A stretch of DNA of 64,000 bases, from assembly GCA_950097225.1 (NCBI GenBank), contig CATNCE010000001.1:48451-112450 (forward strand), given 5' to 3'. This document shows, in pieces, positions 17,832-26,425 of the stretch. Each line of letters begins with the position of its first letter. Position 1 is the stretch's first letter. Position numbers and translations under genes: made by a program. The DNA is from an uncultured Bacilli bacterium. GTDB lineage: Bacteria; Bacillota_I; Bacilli_A; RF39; UBA660. The notes beneath the pieces are model-generated. The model was given only the letters and a program-made list of their open reading frames with translations, did not search any database and was not told the DNA's origin.

Positions 17832-18520
17832 AGTTCTTGTTTTTCTTTTTTGAATTCGCGATAGAGCTTAGTAATAGCTCTTTTTTCGATGCGTGAAACG
17901 TATGAACGAGATATATTTAAATGTTCAGCTATTTCTTTTTGAGTAAATTCATCACTTTCGAATAGGCCATATCGTTTTGTGATTATTTCTTTTTCGCGTT
18001 TGTTTAAGACTTGAAAGTATTGATTTAATTTAGCTACATTGTCTTTATTGTGTAATAGTTCACTTATTTCTTTGTTGTTAGATTTTATTACGTCGATAAG
18101 ATTAATTTCATTGCCGTCTTTATCATAACCGATCGAATCATTTAAAGAGACATTGCCATTGTTTTTCTTGTTGCTACGGAAATACATGAGAACTTCATTT
18201 TCTATACAGCGAGCAACATAAGTTGTTAGTTTATTATTTTTATCGAGTTTGAAGGAGTCAATACCTTTTATGAGACCGATGGTGCCAATGCTTATTAGAT
18301 CATCGTTGTTTTTGTCGATACAATCAAATTTTTTGACGATATGAGCTACTAAACGAAGATTATGTTCAATAAGTTTAGAACGGGCTTCTTTATTTCCCAT
18401 AAGCATTTCATTAATTAATTTTTCTTCTTCATCTTTAGGTAAGGGATTGGGGAATACATTAATAGAATAAGAACCTAAAGAAAAAGAAAGCATATTTAGC
18501 ATATGTATTAAAAATAACAT
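17828..18520 (-). CDS. sigK: Sporulation sigma factor SigK (pro-sigma-K, uninterrupted)
   Basis: Close match to B. subtilis sigma-K: NVFPNPL, LIEHNLRLVAHIVKKF, DLISIGTIGLIKGIDSF, YVARCIENE, NLIDVIKS, ISRSYVSRIEKRA. A ~17-aa hydrophobic pro-sequence is present. RBS AGGTGA. Confidence 0.9.
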   Translation of the reverse strand: MLFLIHMLNMLSFSLGSYSINVFPNPLPKDEEEKLINEMLMGNKEARSKLIEHNLRLVAHIVKKFDCIDKNNDDLISIGTIGLIKGIDSFKLDKNNKLTTYVARCIENEVLMYFRSNKKNNGNVSLNDSIGYDKDGNEINLIDVIKSNNKEISELLHNKDNVAKLNQYFQVLNKREKEIITKRYGLFESDEFTQKEIAEHLNISRSYVSRIEKRAITKLYREFKKEKQEL

Positions 18521-18694
18521 TTAATCACCTAATAATAACTTATTAAGTAAATGTCAAAAATATGTCTTATTTGTGTTAGTATTTGGTTGTTATATCTTGA
18601 CAATTAAGGCTGATTTATGGTACTTTAGTTGGGTGTGTTTTGGGAATTTTGACCTAAAATGGGAGAATAAGCAACTAGATGGGGAAGTGAAAAG

Positions 18695-20422
18695 ATGAAA
18701 AAAAGTAGTGAATTATTAAAGAATAAAATTCAAACTATTTTAGATGAAAAATTGCAAAATGAAATATTAAGAGTACAAGAAAAAATTGAAATAGTTAAAG
18801 GTTTAGGACATATTGGTATATTTGACGGCGTAGGAATTTGTGATAATAATAAATTTGATGAGCTGAATGATTATCTTTTCGAAGAAAGCAAGATAAATAA
18901 AAAACTTAGGGAAATAGATGCCAAGTTAGAAGTTATTGAACAAGAAATGTTGCAAGACCTAAAGAAATGTTTAGCTACTATGCAAGAAATCCAAAGAAAA
19001 AAGGGTAGAAAACGTGGGACAAAGATAACTTGTAATGGTAAAGAAAAGTATGTAAGTGTTTCAGAAAAATACTATAACAATTATATCAGTTTGTTAGTTC
19101 AAGTTGATTTTTATGAGAAGTTGATGGCTTGTATTAAGGATAGATTAAAAGATCCTTGTGAGGATATTTTTAAAATTGATGATGCATTAGTTAAGACGTT
19201 AAGTAATAAAGAGAAGATTACATATTTTGATATTTTAGGAACTTTGATGCTTTTAGAAGGACAAGGGGAAAAAGTATTAGTTAAAGCTAATCGTGATTAT
19301 TATGTTAGTGCTTCTAATGCTTTAGAGTTTGAAAAGTGTTTTTTAGAGTATAAAAAGGCTGCGCGTAAAGAGAAGTTTAGTTTGTCTAGAATTGCTAGTA
19401 ATTTGAGTTCACGACTAACTAAAAAGAAGAATAGGGTATTTCCTGCTTATGGAAGATTAGCTGTTATTTCTTTAATAATCGGTATTTTTGGTGGAGATGC
19501 GGTAGCACGTTATTATGATTCTTTACGAAGTGAAAGAGCTGAGTGTATAAAAAGAATTGAGCAAGAGTTGTTAGCTTTTGAGGAATCTTTAGAAAGTGGA
19601 AATAATCCGAATTCTATTGCGCGAGCAAAAGTGAATCTAGATGATATTATGCCACTTAGTAATGATATAGCTTCTTCATCTTTAGAAGTTGTTGATTATG
19701 GAACTAATGTTGCTTCTTTAAATGTTAGTGATAATACTGATTTTATGGTAACTAATACGACATTTGTTAATGTTAATACGGATATAGGAATTGTTGGAAG
19801 TGAAGATGAGACATTTGTTTTTAGTGATCCGGAACTTGAAGAGTTACGTGTGCGTAGTGAAGAGATGGGAGTTAGCAATGACGAGATAAGTAGAGGGTTG
19901 CATTTAACATTTAATAATACAACTTATCCAGTTAGTAAAGAAGATTTTTTAAAAGTTTATGATGTAGTTGCACATGAGTGTAATGGAACTTATTCGGATG
20001 CTTTAGGCGTTATTTCTATTATTTTAAATCGTATTGAAGATGGAAGATATGATGTAGAGAATGTTATTGATGTTGTTTCGGCTCTTGGACAATTTGAAGT
20101 ATGGAATGCAGCACGTGCTGAGGCGTTTGCGAATTCGAACCCAGAGTTAAAAGAACCTATATATAATGCAATGTATGATGCAATTTATAGGGGGATTAGG
20201 GTTAATGACTATGTTGAATTTAAGGCTTCTTGGACATCTGATTATACATCTAGAGGGGAAAGAAAAGTGCAAATTGTTGAGGATGGCAATAAGTATCATA
20301 ATTTAGCTCATAATCTTGATCGGGTTAATAATGACGATGAAGCGCAAGAAGAATTAGAAAATAGTTCGGAAAGTGCAAAGCCACTTTCATTGGTTAAACC
20401 AGAGTATATTACTGTCGAGTAA
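18695..20422 (+). CDS. Bitopic membrane protein with a C-terminal SleB/CwlJ-type (Hydrolase_2) cell-wall hydrolase domain
   Basis: Coiled-coil N part and a TM helix (LAVISLIIGIFGG). The C-terminal AHECNGTYSDALGVISIILNRIEDGRY...SALGQFEVW resembles the Hydrolase_2 core. Confidence 0.6.
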   Translation: MKKSSELLKNKIQTILDEKLQNEILRVQEKIEIVKGLGHIGIFDGVGICDNNKFDELNDYLFEESKINKKLREIDAKLEVIEQEMLQDLKKCLATMQEIQRKKGRKRGTKITCNGKEKYVSVSEKYYNNYISLLVQVDFYEKLMACIKDRLKDPCEDIFKIDDALVKTLSNKEKITYFDILGTLMLLEGQGEKVLVKANRDYYVSASNALEFEKCFLEYKKAARKEKFSLSRIASNLSSRLTKKKNRVFPAYGRLAVISLIIGIFGGDAVARYYDSLRSERAECIKRIEQELLAFEESLESGNNPNSIARAKVNLDDIMPLSNDIASSSLEVVDYGTNVASLNVSDNTDFMVTNTTFVNVNTDIGIVGSEDETFVFSDPELEELRVRSEEMGVSNDEISRGLHLTFNNTTYPVSKEDFLKVYDVVAHECNGTYSDALGVISIILNRIEDGRYDVENVIDVVSALGQFEVWNAARAEAFANSNPELKEPIYNAMYDAIYRGIRVNDYVEFKASWTSDYTSRGERKVQIVEDGNKYHNLAHNLDRVNNDDEAQEELENSSESAKPLSLVKPEYITVE

Positions 20423-20488
20423 CATTTTTTAGTTGATTTTTCTTGTAAGTTGTGAGGATATCATCTATAATTTAGATAGGTGGTTAAT

Positions 20489-20965
20489 GTGAAGAGTAAG
20501 AATTTTGTGTATTATTTAGCTACTATTATTTTGTTTTCATGTCTATTAATGCCTGATGTTATGGCGTGGTGTCCTTTAGGGCCAGATGTAACTAAAGATT
20601 TGTATGGTATGTTAAAGATTTTTCAAATAGCAGCGCCTTGTTTATGTATTGCTTTGTCAATAGGAGATGTTATAAAGACTGTTGCTAAGGGTGATGCTGA
20701 AGCGGAAATGAAGAAGGTTGCGACACGTTTTGGTAAGAGAGTTTTTTTTGCGGCTTTATTGTTCTTTTTGCCAGTTTTAGTTGATCAGGTTATGCAGATA
20801 GCTGATGTATGGGGCGTCGATGGAACTTGTGATTTGACAGCGCCAGAAGACAATGGTGTTAGTGACCCAAATGCAGATCAAAAAGATAATACTGAAGAAG
20901 AGGTAAAGGGGAAAAATCCTACTCGCGGGACTTTGCCTTCAAAAGTTACAAGAGATAATAGTTAA
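20489..20965 (+). CDS. Small membrane protein (signal peptide plus two hydrophobic helices)
   Basis: AGGTGG at 20478-20483 lies 5 nt before the GTG at 20489. The layout is signal, helix, charged loop (KGDAEAEMKK), helix. Confidence 0.5.
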   Translation: MKSKNFVYYLATIILFSCLLMPDVMAWCPLGPDVTKDLYGMLKIFQIAAPCLCIALSIGDVIKTVAKGDAEAEMKKVATRFGKRVFFAALLFFLPVLVDQVMQIADVWGVDGTCDLTAPEDNGVSDPNADQKDNTEEEVKGKNPTRGTLPSKVTRDNS

Positions 20966-20975
20966 ATGTTAATTG

Positions 20976-20999
20976 GAGAACGTTAGGTTCTCTTTTTTT
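20976..20999 (+). terminator. Intrinsic terminator
   Basis: GAGAAC-GTTAG-GTTCTC hairpin followed by T7. Confidence 0.75.
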
Positions 21000-21108
21000 A
21001 TTTTATTTGATGATGAATGAAGGCGTTTTTTGACAAAATACTACACCATAATCGTTGTAAGCAAAATGAATTTTATGATACAATATTAGAAGAATAGGAA
21101 GCATGTTC

Positions 21109-22801
21109 ATGAGAAGAAAGAGTCTGCTAATTTTAATTATATTGTTACTTGTAGTTGGTTTTGCCAGTGTAGCAACAAATCTAATAATAAATAATACTTT
21201 AAACATCGGTTTTAATAATACATTCTTAGATGATGTTGTATTCATAAAAACTAAGACAGAAGGGGAGTCTTCCATAAGTGAAGATGGAAAAACAATGACC
21301 TATGATGCCAAGAAAATAAGTGCAGTGAATGAAGAGGCCATATTAACATTCTGGGTAAAGAACAAGAATACTCAGTATGATGCAGATGTAACCATTAATT
21401 GTAGTCTAAATGATAATTCAAGTACCTTATCTAATTTAGTAGATGTGACAATTGAACCCGATAAATTTACTCTGGCATCTAATGAAGTTAAAGTTGGTGA
21501 AGTAAAAATAAAGTTAAAAAGTGTAGTAATAGAAGAAAAGTCTGGAACCTTCACTTGTGAGTTAGTAGCAACACCAGAAGAAAGAGAAGTGCCAGGTGTA
21601 ATAACACCTGATAATTTATATGAAGATGGTGTAATAAATGGAGCTAAGCCTGAGTTATCAAAAGAGCTGATTCCAATAACTTTAGATAATACAGGAGTAG
21701 TAACATATGCTAATACCGATGAAAAATGGTATGATTATACAAATAAAGAATGGGCTAATGCAGTAATATTGGTTGATAGTCCAAGTAAAAACTATAATGT
21801 AGGAGATGTTATTTCTGAATCAGATATAGAATCATATTTCGTATGGATACCAAGATATCGATATAAGTTATTCCATGCTAATCAGGCAGATGGAACAACC
21901 ACAAAGTTGTCTGAGAGTATAGCTCAAGAAATCGAGATTGAGTTTGAGAGTAAAGATATACCAGTATCAACAGGAAGTCAAGATGGGGAATGGTTAACGC
22001 ATCCAGCTTTCACTAATTTTGATGTGAATGGTATGTAGATAGGAAAGTTTGAAACAGGTTATAAAGGAGCAACAAGTATAGCATCCTCGGAAGTAAATTC
22101 AAGTGATCCAACCAAAATACAGGTAAAACCAATTGTATACTCATGGTGTAATAATTCGGTAGGCAATTTCTTTAAAGCCATGTATAACTATAATCGTGAA
22201 TTAGATTCGCATATGATGAAAAATACAGAATGGGGGTGCAGTAGCATATTTAAGTCATTCTAAACATGGAATAAATACAGAGGTGCGAATAAATAATAAT
22301 TCAAACTATTTAACAGGATATGCAGCCAACACAAAAGATGCAGGACAAAGTACAACAAATAATCAACCATATAATACAGAAACAGGATATCTAGCTTCAA
22401 CGACTGGTAATATAACTGGGATATATGATATGTCAGGTGGGTCTTGGGAATATGTAGCTGGATACCTAGATGGAACTGTAGGGAGTAGTGGGCTCTCATT
22501 AACTGAAATAAGAAATACCTATAGTAAATATATAGATGTGTATGCAAGTAATAGTGGAATAACAACGTATAGCAACCGAATCTTAGGAGATGCAACAGGA
22601 GAGATGGGACCATTTTATGGAAGCAATCCATATTATAACAACTGGTATGATGATTATTTGAGCTTTGTGGACTCTTCCTACCCTTGGTTTTATCGCGGCA
22701 GCAGTTACTACTATGGCTCCGTTGCAGGCCAGTTCTACTTCGATAGGGGCACTGGTGATGCCTACAGCGGCGTCAGCGCACGCCTCGTTTTAGCTTTTTA
22801 G
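21109..22801 (+). pseudogene. Disrupted surface protein gene, copy A (shared N-terminal module plus FGE-sulfatase/C-type-lectin-like C-terminal domain)
   Basis: Collinear with the copy at 61626-63316. There is an in-frame TAG at 22036-22038 and a +1 frameshift in the G5 run at 22232-22236; deleting one G restores EWGAVAYLSHSKHG. GIYDMSGGSWEYV and YRGSS...VSARLVL resemble the GxYDMxGNVWEW and RGGSW...GFR motifs of FGE/SUMF1 domains. Confidence 0.75.
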
Positions 22802-23103
22802 TAAAACGAAATTAAATATTAAAAAAATTCTAGAAAATTATGTTATATATATTTGGATGGTATTTGCATTTAAAAGAAGTTTATTCAGTCAGAAGATATT
22901 GTGATTGGTTTTCTATTAGCTATTTATGAGAGGAAAAAGCCTGATATTAAAGTTTTGTGTCAATCCATATAGGAAATTAATGTCTTGAAAGAGCAAAACA
23001 ATGTATCTGAAAATGATGCGTTGTTTTTTTGTGCTCTTCTAAAAAGAACCTATTATTTTTTTATTGTTTATGGTAAAATTAATTTAATATGGAAGGTGTT
23101 TTT

Positions 23104-23628
23104 ATGTTTGAAAAATTGGTGCCTGATAAGTATTATAAGAGTATTTATGATGTTAATTATAAAGCTTTGAAGAAGAGTGGAGTTAAGTGTTTAATCTTCG
23201 ATTTGTCGAATACTTTAGAGGCAGAGTCGATCAAGACACCTTCGCGAAAAGTCAAAGATTTATTTGAAGATTTAAAAGATATGGGTTTCAAATTAATTGT
23301 AATGAGCAATAACTTTAAAAAAGAGGTAATGCCTTTTAAGGAATTATTGTGTGTTGATTCTTGCTATTTGTCTTTTAAGCCATTGAAACGCAAGTATAAG
23401 AAAATTATTAATTTGTTCCATTATGAAGATGTTGAAATAGCTTGTATTGGAGATCAGTTGTTTTTTGACATATGGGGAGCTAATCGAATGAATTTTACAT
23501 CAGTGCTTGTTAATCCGATTAGTGCTGATGAGTTTGCAGTTGCAAAATTAAATCGCAAGATTGAAAATATGGTAATTAATAAGTTAACAGCTAAAGATTT
23601 ATTTAAAAGGGGAAGATATTATGAATAA
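23104..23628 (+). CDS. yqeG: YqeG-family HAD phosphatase (TIGR01668)
   Basis: Motifs LIFDLSNTL and VMSNN...IGDQLFFDIWGANR. It sits immediately upstream of and overlapping yqeH, as in Bacillus. Confidence 0.75.
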   Translation: MFEKLVPDKYYKSIYDVNYKALKKSGVKCLIFDLSNTLEAESIKTPSRKVKDLFEDLKDMGFKLIVMSNNFKKEVMPFKELLCVDSCYLSFKPLKRKYKKIINLFHYEDVEIACIGDQLFFDIWGANRMNFTSVLVNPISADEFAVAKLNRKIENMVINKLTAKDLFKRGRYYE

Positions 23629-24598
23629 AATATGTTATGGGTGTGGTGCAAAGTTTCAAACAAAGGATAAAAATCAAGTTGGCTATGTTCCAGAAGCGAA
23701 ATGTGAAGATGCGCGTTATTGTATGCGTTGTTTTAGAATGATCCATTATGGTGAAGAAAGAGCGGCAACGACGCCAAAAGAGGCAAAGGAAATAATTAAT
23801 AAGATTAATAAGGATTATCGTTTTGTTATATTTTTAGTGGATTTTTTGAATTTAAATAAAGAAGTTGTCGAGATATTTAAATCAATAAAAAAAGAAAAAG
23901 TGTTAATCGTTAATAAATGTGAGTTGATGCCTAAACATATTAATCAAGAGCGCGTTAGAGAATTTATTGCTAATTATTATGGAATAAAGGATCCAATTCG
24001 TTTAAAGGGTGGAAATAACTCGCATGGAGCTAAAAGTGTGTATAATTATTTGGAGAGTAAAAATATTCATGAAGCTTATATTTTGGGAATTTCTAATTCG
24101 GGGAAATCGACACTTATTAATGATTTGATTGATATATCTGGTTCGATAGTTAGTAAGACAACGGTTAATAATAAGGCTAATACAACACTTGATTTTATAA
24201 GAGTTAAATTAAGTCGCGATTTGACACTAATTGATTCACCAGGATTTATTATCAATAATTCTTTAAATGATGATACGACGGGGAAGTTGATTACTGCTTA
24301 TAATTTTAATATGAAAGAATGTGAAACTATTTCACTTCTTGATAATACGTATTTTTTTAAATTTGATGCCGATACACCAATAACATTTTATACAAATTTA
24401 ACTGCTAAGAAGGCGATAAAGAAGTATTTTAAGGCAGCACCAGGCTTAGTTAATTCTATTGAAGTCTTAGGTGGGGTTGATCTTGTCATTTTGGGAATTG
24501 GTTTTATATCTATTAAAAAAACATGTGTTATTACAACTAATATAGATTTAAAACACATTGAGGTTAGGAAAAGTATGTTCGGGGGAAAAGATGAATAA
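23621..24598 (+). CDS. yqeH: Ribosome biogenesis GTPase YqeH
   Basis: N-terminal zinc finger (CYGCG...CMRCF) and circularly permuted GTPase motifs (NKCEL, GISNSGKSTLIN, DSPG). Confidence 0.85.
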   Translation: MNKICYGCGAKFQTKDKNQVGYVPEAKCEDARYCMRCFRMIHYGEERAATTPKEAKEIINKINKDYRFVIFLVDFLNLNKEVVEIFKSIKKEKVLIVNKCELMPKHINQERVREFIANYYGIKDPIRLKGGNNSHGAKSVYNYLESKNIHEAYILGISNSGKSTLINDLIDISGSIVSKTTVNNKANTTLDFIRVKLSRDLTLIDSPGFIINNSLNDDTTGKLITAYNFNMKECETISLLDNTYFFKFDADTPITFYTNLTAKKAIKKYFKAAPGLVNSIEVLGGVDLVILGIGFISIKKTCVITTNIDLKHIEVRKSMFGGKDE

Positions 24599-26375
24599 AA
24601 TTCAGGTAATGAGTGAAAATTTAGCTAATAAAATTGCAGCTGGAGAAGTAGTTGAACGCATATCTTCGGTTGTAAAAGAGTTGGTAGAAAATTCAATTGA
24701 TGCTAAGGCAAAGTGCGTCGAAGTTGATTTGATTGATGCAGGAACTAAGGAAATTAAAGTTAGTGATGATGGAATAGGGATGGAGCATGATGATGCCCTT
24801 CTTTGTTTTAAAAGACATGCAACTTCCAAACTTTTAAAAGAAGATGATTTATTTTTTATCAATACATTAGGATTTAGAGGAGAGGCATTACCAAGTATTG
24901 CTTCTGTTTCTAAGATTGATTTGAAAACTAGTCAAGGAAGTGTTGGAACGCATATCGTGTTACAGGGTGGAGAGATAGTAATAGATGAAGCAAGTGATGC
25001 GCGAGTAGGAACGATTATTTCTGTTGTTGATTTGTTTTATAATACGCCAGCTAGATTAAAGTATTTAAAAAGTGATACAACAGAGCTTGCTAATGTTACA
25101 TCATTTATTGAAAAACTTAGTCTATCGCATCCAGATATTTCTTTTTCGTTAACTAATAATGGTAAGCGTGTTCTTTTTACATCGGGATCAAATGATTTAC
25201 TTAAGACGATTCATGAGATATATGGATATTCGGTAAGTTCTAATATGATTGAGATAAGCATGAGTAGTGATGATTATGATATATTCGGCTATATATGTAA
25301 GCCAAGTATTTTGAAGAGTAACCGCAATCATATGACGACTTTAGTTAATGGTAGATGCGTGCGCAATAGTGAGGTTAATAAAGCTATTAATGACGGGTAT
25401 AGTACTTTTAAACCAGATATAAAGTATCCAGTTGTGGTTATTAATATTGAAACTGATCCAACGCTTATTGATGTTAATATTCATCCTACTAAACAGGATA
25501 TTAAGTTTTCTAAAATTGATAGTTTAAAAGAGATGCTGAGTGAGGGCGTCATGTCGGCTTTAAAGAGTACTCTGTTAGTGCCTAAAATAGAAGTTAAGGT
25601 GCCTGATACGTATTATAATGAAATAGCTATGCCCGAGGTTCATGAAGAGGAGGAACCTTACAATGCTCTTAATGAACAGACGAGTCTATCTTTTTTAGAA
25701 GTAGTGCCAGAAAAAGAAAAAAGTTATGAAGAGGTTATTAAAGAAGTCAAGGAGTCTAGTCAAGAAAGAGAAGAAAATTCTTTAATAAAAAAGCTGGAAT
25801 TGTATTCTGTTGGGGTTGTCTTTGGGACATACATTGTTGCTCAAAATGATGAGGGAATGTATTTAATAGATCAACATGCAGCGCAGGAGCGAATTAATTA
25901 TGAGAAAGTCTTGCATGCTTTTGCATCAGAGCAAATTTATACTACGACTTTGTTAATCCCTATTACTATTGAGCTTTCATCTAGTGAATATTTGAAGATA
26001 AAAGAAAATATAGGAGTGTTAGAAGAGTTGGGATTTAAATTAGAAGAGTTTGGTATTAATACATTTATTGTAAAAGAGCATCCTACTTGGCTGCGAACGG
26101 GATTAGAAACCGAGAGTACAAGAAAGATATTTGACATTATAATTGAGGGAAAATATTTGTTTGATCGAGTTAAGTTTCATGATCATATTGCTGCTACTAT
26201 GGCTTGTAAGATGAGTGTTAAGGGAAACGAAGCCATAACTTTAGAGCAGGCAGATACGTTGCTAGATGATTTAGTGTTGTGTGATAATCCATATAATTGT
26301 CCACATGGCAGGCCGACGATTATTACCTATACTAAATATGAACTTGAGAGAATGTTTAAAAGAGTAATGAATTGA
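24591..26375 (+). CDS. mutL: DNA mismatch repair protein MutL
   Basis: NKIAAGEVVERISSVVKELVENSIDA, GFRGEAL, and the C-terminal QHAAQERI...CPHGRP. The ATG at 24591 overlaps the yqeH stop. No mutS is adjacent. Confidence 0.95.
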   Translation: MNKIQVMSENLANKIAAGEVVERISSVVKELVENSIDAKAKCVEVDLIDAGTKEIKVSDDGIGMEHDDALLCFKRHATSKLLKEDDLFFINTLGFRGEALPSIASVSKIDLKTSQGSVGTHIVLQGGEIVIDEASDARVGTIISVVDLFYNTPARLKYLKSDTTELANVTSFIEKLSLSHPDISFSLTNNGKRVLFTSGSNDLLKTIHEIYGYSVSSNMIEISMSSDDYDIFGYICKPSILKSNRNHMTTLVNGRCVRNSEVNKAINDGYSTFKPDIKYPVVVINIETDPTLIDVNIHPTKQDIKFSKIDSLKEMLSEGVMSALKSTLLVPKIEVKVPDTYYNEIAMPEVHEEEEPYNALNEQTSLSFLEVVPEKEKSYEEVIKEVKESSQEREENSLIKKLELYSVGVVFGTYIVAQNDEGMYLIDQHAAQERINYEKVLHAFASEQIYTTTLLIPITIELSSSEYLKIKENIGVLEELGFKLEEFGINTFIVKEHPTWLRTGLETESTRKIFDIIIEGKYLFDRVKFHDHIAATMACKMSVKGNEAITLEQADTLLDDLVLCDNPYNCPHGRPTIITYTKYELERMFKRVMN

Positions 26376-26425
26376 TTTTAATTTTTAATGTAAAATGATA
26401 TAATAGCGGCTGGGGAAGTGACTAT

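Noticed and set aside
21030-21035. TTGACA upstream of pseudogene copy A as its -35 box.
   Set aside because: No -10 hexamer lies 16-18 nt downstream, and the site is TTCGAC in copy B. The conserved TTGTAA-18-TACAAT (21055-21084) with a TG extension is the better promoter candidate.
22260-22631. 123-aa minus-strand ORF, and the plus ORF 62332..62514.
   Set aside because: Both overlap the homologous surface-protein pseudogene frames. Their translations are low-complexity (Leu/Tyr/His-rich) with no RBS. The sense-strand homology between copies A and B explains the region.
24558-24598. Absence of mutS next to mutL as evidence for loss of mismatch repair.
   Set aside because: mutS can be encoded elsewhere, and the window alone cannot show absence. 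mutL itself is intact with all motifs.
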